Origin: Eledone cirrhosa
Lineage: Eukaryota
Length of the DNA stretch: 64,000 bases
NCBI GenBank assembly: GCA_964016885.1
Contig: OZ024742.1
Span: 280,178,001-280,242,000, forward strand
Reading direction: 5' to 3'
Both the position numbers and the translations under genes were made by a program. This document shows, piece after piece, positions 13,355 through 26,452 of this stretch. Each line of letters opens with the position of its first letter. Within the stretch, counting starts at the first letter, position 1. Under the pieces are notes generated by a model. The model made no database searches and was not told the origin of the DNA. It saw only the letters and a list, made by a program, of their open reading frames with translations.

Positions 13355-13355
<1 letters not shown>

Positions 13356-14027
13356 AACATGAGAAGAAAGAGGAATACTGCGTGTTTGCACATGGGTTAC
13401 ATATTATAAAATTAGTTCCTCGTCAGTGATTTGCCAACCATCATTGGTATTTCATCGCATTACAAATCATATACCTCAGGTTGGTGCGAGCAATAACTAA
13501 TAAAAGCTATTGGGACAAGTGAGTCGCGTAAAGCGAGTGGGACAAGTAAACAACATAGAAGGATAAAAGCAAACCGGAGATAGGAAAAAAAGCAAGCAAC
13601 ATGGTTATCCGGTCAGCATAAACTGGGTTAATTTCATGAGCATTCAGAATACAGACCGTCCGTCGTGAGTGAGATGTGAACAAGAAAGAACCCCACTACC
13701 AACGAAACGGGAGGGAGTGAGAAGGGGGAGAAACAGAGAGTGAGTGAGTGGAAGTGCGAGGAAGAGGTCAGTCGAGAGAAAGTGTAACTGACAGAGGGGG
13801 CGAAAGAAGGTGAGAGAAACAGAGAGAACGGGGGAGCAATAAGAGAGAAAGAGAGAAAGAAACAAACGCAGCCGAGGTAAATATGTATAAAAAACATGAG
13901 AAGAAAGAGGAATACTGCGTGGTTGCACATGGGTTACATATTTGAAAATTAGGCCCTCGTCAGTGATTTGCCAACCATCATTGGTATATCATCGCATTAA
14001 AAATCATATAGCTCAGGTTGGTGCGAG

Positions 14028-14028
<1 letters not shown>
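13355..14028 (-). mobile_element. Non-coding element with ~137-bp direct terminal repeats (13355-13491, 13892-14028; period 537 bp) in (TA)n; probable partial-tandem pLTR
   Basis: Repeats align end to end; the minus strand has CUGACGAG followed by a decayed stem II. Confidence 0.6.
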
Positions 14029-14090
<62 letters not shown>

Positions 14091-14142
14091 TATGTATATA
14101 TATATATATCTATATCCATATGTAAATATATATATGTATATT

Positions 14143-17100
14143 CTTACTTGTACTTGTACTTGTGTCGACATTCACCCTGGACGGGTTGAGCCGGCTTCTT
14201 CCCTTGTCTTGACGGCATCCAGAACCATAGCAGTCGAATATTCAGGCGAAAACGAAGACTGGTGGTAGGTACCCGATCAACGCGTCGGCAGCGAAGAATG
14301 CGGCGCGAGACAGTCATCGTTGAAGACCTGTAGCCCTCGTTGATCGACTACCCTCATAGGCCGTAGAGGAGGATAGTGCGAACGACGGCCTGGTGGATTC
14401 GCACTTTGGTCGCGGAGGTGATCTCTCTTCTGTCCCACAGACACCACCGGAGGCGCCCTAGAGCGGATCTGTCAGCACCTATGCGACGTTTGACCTCGGT
14501 TGCGCCCTGTCCCGTTGGAACCACTGTTGAGCCCAGGTAAACGAAGGACTCACATCCTCCAGGTCCACGCCCTCGAGATATATTGGCTGCCAGGCATCAG
14601 GCGAGACCAGTGACATCATGACTTTCGACTTGGCGACATTGATTCGTAAACCAACAGCGGCGGCTGCAGTGTGCACCCTTCCGAGAGCACCTTGTACATT
14701 TGTCCCGTCAGCGCCCATCAGCACGATGTCATTCGCGTAGGACAGGTCCGTCACCACGACCCCTCTCCCGACCACTACGCTCGGGTAATCCCGGAGCGCT
14801 GTGTTGAGAGAGTTGGCGATAGCGCACACCCCTACCGAACACCGGTCCCAACATCGAACAACACCGTCTCCCCACCATAGACCCTCACTCGAGCACGAGT
14901 CGACCGGTAGTAGCCTTTTATGAGACGAAGCAGCTTCAATGGGATGCCGTCCGCCTACATTATACGCCAGAGTGCTTCCCGATCCACCGAGTCGAAGGCA
15001 GCTGCAAAGTCGATGAAGCAGAGGACAGTAGGCTGTTGATATGCCCACCGTTGTTCCAGCACACGCCGGAGATTGAAGATTTGATCAACGCACCCTCTCC
15101 CTGGACGCAGGCCGCCATGTGGAGGACGGGTATGGACATCACGGATGTCCTGGAACCTCTTCAGCAGAAGAATTGCGAAGGTCTTGGCACCAACGTCAAT
15201 TAAACTGATACCTCTGTAGTTGGACCACAGTTTCCTATCGGCTTTTTTGAAGAAGGGTAGGAGAGTTGTTTCGCTCCAGTCACCAGGGAACCGCACCGCC
15301 ACCCACATCGACGAGAAGACTCGATGGAGCCAAGCTGCGAAAATATCAGGCTCGGCCTTGTAGACCTCAGCTGGAACGCCATCTTCGCCCGGCGCCTTGT
15401 TGTTCCGGAGATGTGTTAGGACACTACGTACCTCCTCAACCGTTGGAGGTGCAGTGCTGCACCCATATTCTTCTGCAGATGGCTGCACGTAGGTTGGCGT
15501 TGGTGGTGGCGGGTGGTTGAGCAGCTCGGAGAAATGGTCCCGCCATCGGACTAGCCGCTCATTAAGATTGGTAATGACCGCCCCGTTCCGATCACGGATT
15601 GTCTCGCTGATACTCGTACTGCTTCGGCTGGCCCGCTTCACCAGTTGGTAGAGCTTGCGTGAGTCACCACAGGCTTCTGCCTTCTCCGTCTTCTCCGCAA
15701 ATTCGTGCAAGTGTGCATTCAGATCGGCTCGAATAGCCCGAGATATGCGACGTCGGAGATCTCAAAGATTGGGTGCACCCTCGAGTCGGGCCTCTCTCGC
15801 CCTCAGCGCGAGTTCAAGAGTGCCGCCGGAGATCCGGTCCCGATGGCATCTTTGGGGCGACCCAAGATTCTCCCTGGCCACCTCAACCATCGCCGCCCTG
15901 AGCGCGTTCCACCCCTGCACCGGTTGCTGTTCCACTTCGTTACTCAGCATTTGGAATCGATCTGGAAAGCATTTACAGCATGGAGCTTGAGTCGCGAGAT
16001 GTCGATCCTTTTCTGGCGGTTGGGAGGAGGTTTCGCCTGCAGCCGCAGACGAAGTGTTGCTCGAACAAGAGTATGGTCTGACCCATGCTCACTGTCCGTA
16101 TCCGCCCCACGATACGCACGCGAGTCATTCACTGAGCTGGACCAGCGAGATCTGACCAGGATGTAGTCAACCTGATTGGCCGTTCTTCCGTCATTGGATC
16201 ACCACGTGACGAGGTGACGCCGAGGATGTTGTAACCGGATGTTGGTGACGATAAGACGATTGGTATCCGCGAAGGACACGAGCCGTTCACCATTGTCACA
16301 GCGTACGCCTAAGGCGAAGCGACCTAGAATATGCCGTGTTGTATCATCAGCCGGCCCTGTCCGCGCATTCAAGTCCCCAGCGACAATGAGAACATCACTG
16401 GAGGGGACGCCATCCACGGTTGTTTGGAGATCGGCATAGAACAGCATCTTGTCCGCATCGTCCGCATTGAGTGTGGGAGCGTAGACGTGTAATTACGCTA
16501 ATGTTGGAGATTTAACCCTTCAATCGAACCAGCGCCAGTCGGTGTGAGATCGGCTGCCACGCCAGTAGAGCCGCTTGCGCGTCGGGCGGAGCGCTACAGC
16601 GACCCCGTAAACGCCACTGTTGTCAGTTACGCCACTATGGTACAAGTGGTACGAGATGTCCACGCCAAGAACTTTGATCGGAAGATGATTAACATCGGGA
16701 AGTCGAACTTCTGAAAGGCAAGCGATACTAACGCAGTACCTGTGCAGAGCGTTCATTGTAAGTGCATGGACACCGTCATCACAAAGTGTTCGGACGTTCC
16801 AGCACGCCACCCTCAATTCCTTCCTTCGTCTGAAGAGCGGGACTGCTGCGGGAGTAGTCTGTAGAGACATAGCGGTAGGAGAGTTATTGTTTTGCATTGC
16901 GTTCGTAGCGGGAATGCAATTCGTATTCATAGTTCATATTTGTTGGATTCCTGGAAGAAGTGTCATGGGAGTAGTGAATTCACAAGCGGTCCCCAAAAAA
17001 TCCATATGTATATCCCGAACGAGGGAAAAAAAACGTCCTGTTTGCCGCAGATTCTCCACGGACGCAGGGACAGAAAAACCCGAAGCCGCCGGTTGCCGGA

Positions 17101-17260
17101 ACAGACACCTCTTGGGTTATCACCAGAGCCCCTTTTGCCCGGTTGTGGCCCTAATACCGCTGGGTGCCAGACCAACCAACCTTGGGTGGCCCTACCAGGA
17201 ACCAAAGTTCCCGACGGCATAGCTCTGACACTATCCGTAGCCACCGCGCTGCAACGTTGA
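14143..17260 (-). mobile_element. Near full-length decayed RTE-clade LINE (APE endonuclease + RT)
   Basis: LRVACWNVRTL, IACLSEVR, VAGDLNARTG, SDHTLV (APE); NNKAPGEDG, NYRGISLID, FIDFAAAFDSVDR, LSYANDIVL (RT); (CAAGTA)n 3' tail at ~14145-14163; frameshifts and internal deletions. Confidence 0.92.
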
Positions 17261-17282
17261 GGATGAGTTGGACTTTATATCA

Positions 17283-17460
17283 TTGAATTGGCAGTATCGG
17301 TAGAGGGTCAGACATGCTTTCCAGCATAGTTACGTCCCTTTACGATCTGAGTTCAAATCCGGCCGAGGTTAACTTTGCCTTTCACCCATGCGGGGTCGAT
17401 AAAATAAAGTACCAGTAATGTACTGGGTAATTTCTGGCCTTGTGCCTAAAATAGAAACAA
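17283..17460 (+). mobile_element. tRNA-derived SINE
   Basis: A box TGGCAGTATCGG, B box GTTCAAATC, core gccgaggttaactttgcctttca..ggggtcgataaaataaagtaccag. Confidence 0.8.
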
Positions 17461-17614
17461 TTATGAATGACAGGTTTCAATCTGAAGTTAGCTGAACTGA
17501 GCTAACCTTAAGGTGAAATGAATGAGTAATTATCACTCTTAATGTTACTCATGCATCTCACCTTAACGATGGCTCAGTTAAGCTAACTTCAGGGTGAAAC
17601 CTGTCATTCATAAT
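17460..17614. mobile_element. MITE-like 155-bp foldback
   Basis: attatgaatgacaggtttca..ctgaagttagc / gctaacttcag..tgaaacctgtcattcataat; ~70-bp imperfect arms. Confidence 0.6.
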
Positions 17615-17890
17615 GATATAAATTCAAACCAGTAGACTCTACTCTTAGAAAGATATCAGCCCCTGTTTAACACAGTCAAATATACTATTATATTAATAAT
17701 TATTATAATATTACTATTTATATATTATATATTATATATTCATGCATACTTGCAGGCACATATCTATGTATGTAGTTTCGCAAGAATAAGCAAACCATCT
17801 CCGTGGACAAGCGTGAAAATAATATTAACATTTGTACCGCCTCTTCACTTCCACGTTGTTTTTTGTTTTATGTTTACTGTCTCAACTATA

Positions 17891-17945
<55 letters not shown>

Positions 17946-17952
<7 letters not shown>

Positions 17953-18045
17953 CACAGAAGCGAAAACCAACCAAACAGTGAGTGTGTTCTATTATTAATT
18001 CTGGCAATATTATTACACAAATATGACCCTCCCCAAGTATAACAA
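17946..18045 (+). mobile_element. 100-bp pLTR 3'-end fragment of the PLE-3 family between (TA)n tracts
   Basis: Matches ~2452-2545 and ~32760-32865. Confidence 0.8.
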
Positions 18046-18449
18046 TATATATATATATATATACATATGCATATCTATATATATACAACCCCCCCCCCAC
18101 ACACACACATAAATATATATATCTATGTGTATGTATATATATATAGACCTTTCACGCCACCTTGTTATCATATATAGATCTAATTAATACTTTCGCTGTG
18201 AGGTACCTGTCATAATCATCGTCATTTGTTGCCAACATTACCAGAATAGAATAGAATTTCCAAAATATTTTCAGAAGTTGTTTACAACGTTGATATCAAG
18301 TATTGAAATGCCAACTTTGCTGAACCAGCCAATAACTTCACATTAACACGAAGTTAGCTTTACAATCATGAATTCCTGGGTTCAGTCCCGCTTTGTAGTG
18401 TCCTGGGCATAGGTAGATGGAAATGACATCGGAAACATTGTACTATAAT

Positions 18450-18650
18450 AATTATTTCTACTATATGTACAAGACCAGTAAATTGGAGAGAGGATACATT
18501 CGATTAAATAGACCCCAGTGCATTACTTGTGCTTTATTTCATCGACGGGGGAAGGATGAAAGGCAAAGCTAACCTAGACGGGATTTGAAACGCAGAACGT
18601 AAAGTGCCATAACTCCATGCTTCAAAGTGTCCGATCCTCTACCGATACTG
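18450..18650 (-). mobile_element. Diverged SINE copy
   Basis: atcgacgggggaaggatgaaaggcaaagctaacct..gggatttgaa..ctctaccgatactg. Confidence 0.65.
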
Positions 18651-18895
18651 ATTATATCAGTCTTGTCCCACATTTGGTAATGCTACATCTCCGTGAAAAT
18701 TTCGAGGTCCACTAGTCAATATAAAGCTGTTCCAATAACCGTATAACAGGAGCACTCAGTGTTGTAAAACACGGTGGCCTACAGTGTGTGTGTGTTTTTT
18801 TTTTATGTGTGTGTGTTTGTGTGCGTGTGTGTGTGTGTTTGTGTGTGTTTGAGTGTGTGTTTTTCTTTGTGTGTGTGTATGTTTGTATGTATGTA

Positions 18896-18964
<69 letters not shown>

Positions 18965-19381
18965 CTTTGTTTGTGTGTGTGTGTGTTTTAGTGCGTGCAT
19001 ATGTGTCTGTGAGTCAAGGCTGGTTGCATGAATTAATTACTGCTACATTCTGACCGACAGGCTTTTTAAATGCTTCGGTGGGGTTATGCTGTGGTAAATA
19101 ACACTTTCTCAGGATTTATGATTGTGAATGCACCAATGCTACATCCTCAGAAATCCCTACCGAAAGTAGGGTACACGCCACTAAATCCTATCAATGATAT
19201 GTGATTGCTGTTGTAGACTATTGTTGTTTATAAATAGATATGCGCATGATTCTTTTTTATATTCTTTCTTGTAATTTACACTCACACATACACACATAAA
19301 CACGCACATACGATCACACACATACACACACACACTGACACGCACACACGTATATACACACATACATATAGGTATAAATAA

Positions 19382-19455
<74 letters not shown>

Positions 19456-19519
19456 GTATGAATTAACTTTACGATATATATATATAAGTATTGAAGTTTC
19501 CGTTGAAAATTGAAAAAAG

Positions 19520-22025
19520 TCATAGGAGTGAAGAGTGCTCTATGTAAGTACCAGAGCAGAATTTAATGCATAATTAACAATACAATATAATTACCTCATT
19601 ACCAGAGGTTTCCCGAATAAGACGAATACAAAAACGTCCTAATTCGTTCGTCGAACAAGGCAAATTAAAACAGTGAAATATTTGAAAAGTCTCCTCAAGA
19701 AATGCAAGAGTTTAACGGGCAAAAAAATATATAAATAAAAGTAAAGCAAGAGATATATAAAAACCATACCATAAATCTAAAGAAAATTTAAAATGTATAA
19801 ATAAAGGCTCTTGCCATCCTCCTATAGTTTTTAAAAACCTTATCCCTAATATTAGCCGTAGGATCTCCACTCTCTCTTCCTCAGAAGCTATTTTCAATAA
19901 GGCATCCCCCTTCTATAATAAAGCCCTTCAAAATACCGGATTTTGCGAACCGATTAAGTACATACCCAACAATACTAACTCTTTTAAACGTAATAATAGG
20001 AAAAGAAAAATAATCTGGTTCACACCCCCTACTCTCTAGCAGTTACAACTAATGTAGGCAAAACATACCTAGAGCTCTTAGATAAACATATCCCTAGAAC
20101 ACATATATACTATAAGATCTTCAATAGAAACTCTGTCAAAATTAGCTACTCCTGCGGTCCCCCTATTAAATCTTATATCATCAATAAGAAATCACCCAGA
20201 GAACATCAAAATTGCTCCTGTAGAGTCAAAGGTGAATGCCCATTACAAGGTAAATGCAACACCAAAGCGATTGTATATGCGGCTAAAGTGACAACCATCA
20301 GCAACAACCAACCAGCCACCAGCGAACGATATGTGGGTATGACACTAGACAAATTCAAAACGCGTTATTACTCACATGTCGCATCTTGCCGACATCCAGA
20401 AAAAAGATTCACAACAGCTCTGGCTAGCATAATATGGGATTTGAAAGACCAAGAGATCCACATACAAATTGGATTGGTCAATTTTGAACCAATCTAAAGA
20501 ATATGCAAGAGGAACAAGAAGATGCACACTGCATAAGTGAAAAATATAGGATTTTACAAAACAATAAATCACCAAAAACCTGCCTAAATACAAAAACAGA
20601 AAAGTTCACCAGTTGACCACACATGAAATCACACTTGCTTTCCAGCTCATATAAACTTAACTCACTTTCAGATACTTATCCTCCATAAACTCTTATTCTT
20701 CAGTTTCCTTAAATTATCCTCTTTACAGACTTCTCTTTCTGATTTACTTTCATTTTTAACTTTATTTTTAATTTTATTTTTAATTTTACTTCACACCCAC
20801 CAGTTACCCCCCCCCCCCCCACCTACTTTTCGATTCACTTACCTAATATCTTCACATTCCACATTTTACTTCCCCATTCTCTTTCACTACCAGATATGAA
20901 TTGTCACTTGCGTTTTCCAAATCAGATATATTCTGTTGTTTCGCAGCCGATTTTATATTTGTACTCATTTATTCATACGGCTGGATTATAATCTGTATCT
21001 ATGTGTGTGAGTGTGCTTATGTGTGTATACGTTCTGTATATGTATACGAACGCCTCCGTATGTGTGCGTGCGTACGTATATATATGTGTGTATGTGTATT
21101 TTTATATCTATGTTTTTTAACATACATATTTATACGTGTATGTGTATGCGGGTGAATGTATGTGTATGTGTATGTATATGTGTATATATGTATATGTATT
21201 TACGGGTGTGTATGTATATGTGTATATATATATAGTCGCATACGTACGTGTGATTAGATATACATGTGGCGATATATATATATATTTAAATATACGTGCC
21301 TCGTGTGTATATATGTACGCATGAATGCGCTTTTGTCTTTACGTATTTGTGTGTATAAATATTTGTTTATATATATATGTGTGTGTACGTGCGTACCTAT
21401 GTTTGATTTCTTTTCTCTAGTGTTAATTGATTACTTTCTCTTTGATTAACACATTTTTTTTAATTCTCATATATTGTTTCATTTTTATACATATATCGAG
21501 AATGACACATCTTTTTACTATTACACTCCCTTCCCTCTTTATCTTCCGCATATACGAGGCCGCGCGTGTGTGTGTTTTTATACGCGTGCTTTCATACTCG
21601 TATGTGTATTTAATACCTGTATCTGGATGCGTGTTAACTATATTATCTTACAATTTCTTTTTCAACTCATATTATATACATATTTGTGGTCACATATACA
21701 CAAATATACTTGCCTTCATATATGTACTTACGCACACATTTTCACCATACACATGCAGTTCTAAATACACACATATGTATATTCGTGAGTGCATATACAT
21801 ACATATACACATAACCTAACTATATTTCCTTTTTTTTTATATATATATCTTGCATTACTTTTATTCATATATTTTTTGCCCGTTAAACTCTTGTATTTCT
21901 TGAGGAGACTTTTCAAATATTTCACTATGTTTTAACTTGCCTTGTCCGACGAACGAATGGGGACGTTTTTCGTATTCGTCTTATTCGGGAAACCTCTGGT
22001 AATGCGGTAATTATATTGTATTGTT

Positions 22026-22029
<4 letters not shown>
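19520..22029 (+). mobile_element. Truncated PLE-2: inverted pLTR at the 5' junction (~19573-19763 = RC of ~21835-22029), thumb/GIY-YIG remnant ~19790-20655
   Basis: IIWFTPP, IFNRNSVKISYSC, CSCRVKGECPL, IVYAA..YVGMTLDKFKTRYYSHVASCRHPEKRFTTALASIIWDLK; the inverted pLTR is visible directly. Confidence 0.88.
21937..22010 (+). ncRNA. Hammerhead (core CCGACGA) in PLE-2 pLTR; antisense copy at 19591-19663
   Basis: UUGCCUUGU-CCGACGA-ACGAAU..AUUCGG-GAAA-CC(UCU)G-GUA^AUGCGGUAA; the copy at 43935-44013 has canonical CUGACGA. Confidence 0.7.
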
Positions 22030-22102
<73 letters not shown>

Positions 22103-22860
22103 TAGAGAGTAAAGCATGTCCAGAGAATTATTTGATAATATATATACATCATCTCTACTCCCAATCAGCATAATTAACCACACAAACAATCAATTAGACC
22201 AGGCTATAAGAATAAAAGGCATCTATGAAGAAACAGTAAATAAATATGCCATCGTGGCGTCTTTGCGTGCAACCGCTATAGAATATTTACCCAACATTTC
22301 AACAGCACGTGGAAATTAATTACATACACGGTCAACCATACATAATCAGGTAAAAATTAATGTTAGAAATGCTTTAGTCCTGGTATGTATATAAGCATTT
22401 CTAACATTAATTTTTATCTAATTATGTATGGTTGACCGTGTATTTAATTAATTTAAAAAATTAATGTTAGAAATGCTTTAGTCCTGGTATGTATATAAGC
22501 ATTTCTAACATTAATTTTTACCTAATTATGTATGGTTGACCGTGTATTTAATTAATTTCCACGTGCTGTTGAACTGTTGGGTAAATACTCTATAACGGTT
22601 GCACGCGAAGACGCCAATATGGCGTATTTATTTACTATTTCTTCGTAGATGCCTTTTATTCTTATAGCCTGGTCTAATTGATTTTTGTGTGGTTAATTAT
22701 GCTGATTGGGAGTAGAGATGATATATATATATTATCAAATAATTCTCTGGACATGCTTTACTCTATAGTATTTCGGTCTGATTAATTTATTAATTCTCCA
22801 TTGAGCCGCATCGTGAAAAGTTGCAAAAACATATAAAACCGTGACTTTGTTTAATTGGTG
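22103..22860. mobile_element. Foldback + tail element (arms ~22103-22376 / ~22497-22768) with an internal ~105-bp tandem duplication
   Basis: tagagagtaaagcatgtccagagaattatttgataat vs attatcaaataattctctggacatgctttactctata; begins at (TA)n. Confidence 0.75.
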
Positions 22861-22892
22861 TATGTGTAAATATTTATATTTATATTTATATT

Positions 22893-22950
<58 letters not shown>

Positions 22951-23021
22951 TCGTAATAACATTAACATAGATTAGATCTCAAACGGAATGCCACTTTGAA
23001 CATACATTGGGGTGCATATAG

Positions 23022-23271
23022 GTTTGAGACTTTTCCATCTGTCCGTCAAGGGTACCCTCCTCCTCCCATGTGTACGTGTCGACTGTTGAGTCTTTACTGC
23101 AGGAACTGGAGCTGTTGTAGGGCATTCCACTCGAACCAGGACGCGGAAAGGCATATGCGGGCGACATCACCGTGATGGTGTCGAACACGTCGTATTTCGA
23201 AATGGTCGGCACCTTATTGGAGGAATATGAAAGGTTTAGCAAAACTAAAAGCGTCTCTCTTATTCATTATA
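23022..23271 (+). repeat. Near-identical inverted duplicate of 24945-25194 (decayed Tx1-like RT piece plus flank)
   Basis: About 250 bp with ~2 mismatches; shared lesions such as YAGD instead of YADD. Confidence 0.9.
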
Positions 23272-23304
<33 letters not shown>

Positions 23305-23309
<5 letters not shown>

Positions 23310-23666
23310 AAAGAATAGAGGTGTAACACACAAGTTATTATATATTGGTAAACGGAATAGAAAATGCTGACAAATTGTTCACAGTTGAAAAATGGTTTAA
23401 TTAGGAATAAAAGAGTATTAGTGATTGTATGGGTTAGTATTCAGTTGTGGTTTTAAGTTTTTAAGTTTTTACCGGTTGCGCATTTCTAAATGCTTTTCAA
23501 AAATAATTTTGAGATAGAGTGTCCGTGCTGTTTGCTCTGATCAGAGCAAACAGCACGGACACTCTATCTCAAAATTATTTTTGTGTTGACAGATTGACTT
23601 TTATAGTTTGGGAAGATCCCGTTAAGGGTGAAATCAGCGATTCTTTGCTTCAACCTTATTCTGTTA

Positions 23667-23727
<61 letters not shown>

Positions 23728-23978
23728 TCGGGATGGATCTACTGAAACTAAAAACGTCAATCTGTCAACGCAAAATTAAATATTTCAAAAGACGTGGCAA
23801 CCGAAGGAAGACAGGAAGACGATACTTTGATTCGTGGAAACGTTCCCTGGCAAAGAACGGAAACAAACGAAGATATTACGTCATTATTTGGTGCGGTGAA
23901 AACAATTACACGCAAAGACAAATCCGCCTTTATGGTATAAATGAAGTCGTAGAATAATATTCTATTAGGTGGTCATGG

Positions 23979-23980
<2 letters not shown>
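23305..23980. mobile_element. Composite of pLTR fragments: minus-strand U3-A8 HHR (~23466-23503), perfect palindrome 23498-23583, pieces of the 58160-59107 family
   Basis: RC reads UUU-UUGAAAA-GCAUUU(AG)AAAUGC-GCAA-CCG-GUA^AAAA; ~23586-23670 matches ~59020-59105; ~23740-23975 matches ~58225-58460. Confidence 0.7.
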
Positions 23981-24033
<53 letters not shown>

Positions 24034-24581
24034 AGTTAATATAAATTGATATATTTGATAAACACAAATACCAACATATCCGTGTTTGTATTGTAAACTA
24101 CTAAAGTTAGCTAGATTGAAAAATACTAATTATAATAATACAGTTTGCCTGTCTCAATTTAAAATAATAAATCAATAAAAACAAAGCATATTGGCAAATG
24201 GCCATGGTGCTTGGACAAATTTAAATTTCAAAATCAAACCTGTTCCGTAGACTGGTTTAAACCTTAAAATCCAAATAAGTTTCGAAAAATGAAACAGTGA
24301 AAGAATACCGCATTTCTATCTCCTCAGCAAGCACCAGAAAGAAAAATTGATATGTTCCACTTCAAAATATTTAAAAAGACTGTTTAACGCACATGGTTTA
24401 TCACATACGGTTATCCAGTGTCTAGCTGCCCCATATTCGTGCTGCTAGAAATAACAGCTGTTTATATGGGACTAAATTTAGCTCTACGTAAGGAGCAGTG
24501 ATACTATTAATAATGAGTTCAAATCTCAGGCAGTCCTTTACAATGTAAAGGACTGGCTGAGTTTTGAACTCATTATTAATA

Positions 24582-24658
<77 letters not shown>

Positions 24659-24944
24659 GGGAGAGAGGAAGAGAGGGAGAGAGGGAGAGAGAGAGATTTA
24701 GGAGGAAAGGCTAAGTGTTTCAAGTTATAGAGGAATGTATATGGGGAAGTAATGAAGATATCGATGGTCTGCATGTAGAATCTGTGGTAGTTATGGAATT
24801 TAACACGCACACACACACATTTTCTCTCTTTCTCACCACCACTCAATATTTATGTGCGCGCATAACCACACACAGACACACACAGACACACACACACACA
24901 CACACACATATATATGTGTGTATATATATATATATATACATATT

Positions 24945-25560
24945 TATAATGAATAAGAGAGACGCTTTTAGTTTTGCTAAACCTTTCATATTCCTCCAAT
25001 AAGGTGCCGACCATTTCGAAATACGACGTGTTCGACACCATCACGGTGATGTCGCCCGCATATGCCTTTCCGCGTCCTGGTTCGAGTGGAATGCCCTACA
25101 ACAGCTCCAGTTCCTGCAGTAAAGACTCAACAGTCGACACGTACATATGGGAGGAGGAGGGTACCCTTGACGGACAGATGGAGAAGTCTCAAACGGTTTC
25201 GAAAAATGCTCATTAATTTTGACCACCAAACAGATGCCGCTGTACATTGTAGTGATCCAGCCTCTGATGCTGGGATCAAAGATAGCCGCCGTGAGGACAG
25301 CCTGCTTGTATCAATAGTCGACCCTATCGAAATCTTTCGATGTATCTAATTTGATCAGCACCGCACCGAAGCTAGTTTGACACCCAGCACTCTCTATGAT
25401 GTTTCGCATGATGTGGAGATTGCTCAAATTTCAGGCCACCCGCACCAACTTCTTCGGCAACACCTAGGCCTAAATCATAAAGTCCGTGTTTAGCAGAGTT
25501 ATGGGCTTGAAATAATCTAACGTATCTTTCTTGTTCTTGTCTTTCCTTAGCAGCGTCACT
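24945..25560 (-). pseudogene. L1/Tx1-like reverse transcriptase fragment
   Basis: ALLRKDKNKKDTLDYFKPITLLNTD, LDTSKDFDRVD, SVRQGYP, YAGDITV. Confidence 0.75.
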
Positions 25561-25836
25561 TATAACTTTACGAAGTTAACTTTGTCTAATACGTGAACTT
25601 CTCAATGAAAGAATAAGATATATTAATATATTGTCTACTCAGACAAGTCCTAAAATATATTAAACTTAAACCAAAATCTAATTTTAGAGGGGGTAATAAG
25701 ATAGATTGGGTAAATTAATAAGTACTATGCGTGTGCTTTTCGTTTAGCCTCCAGGTGCTCAAATTGTATTCTTTATACTTTCACTCGTGAAGGACCCCTC
25801 GGTTATTTTTCATTTTGTAAAAAAACCTCACTTTCT

Positions 25837-25872
<36 letters not shown>

Positions 25873-26163
25873 TTCCAAATCTACATTTATTTCTTTTATC
25901 ACTTTTTAATGCAACTTTTTTGATTTTAATTTATATTCGACAATATCTGCAACACTCAGTGTATATTTCCTAGTCTTTCTTTTTGTATCTAGGAACTTTT
26001 TTTACATTGGAATGGACTGACGACAGCCATTACAAAATGGCATCCGTATTCGCTGAGAAAATAGAGTTTGTCTCAGTGAATTATCTGAAGCAGAATCTTG
26101 AACGAAAAAGTTGTACCTCAATGACACTATACATACAATAATGTGTCTCTATCTGCCAATCTC

Positions 26164-26284
<121 letters not shown>

Positions 26285-26382
26285 CTATCAATCTATCTGT
26301 CTATTGATCTAATTCTCTATCTATTTATCTATCTAATTATATATCCACCCTCTCTTTCTCTGCTCTTGCCCTCTCTATATAT

Positions 26383-26452
<70 letters not shown>

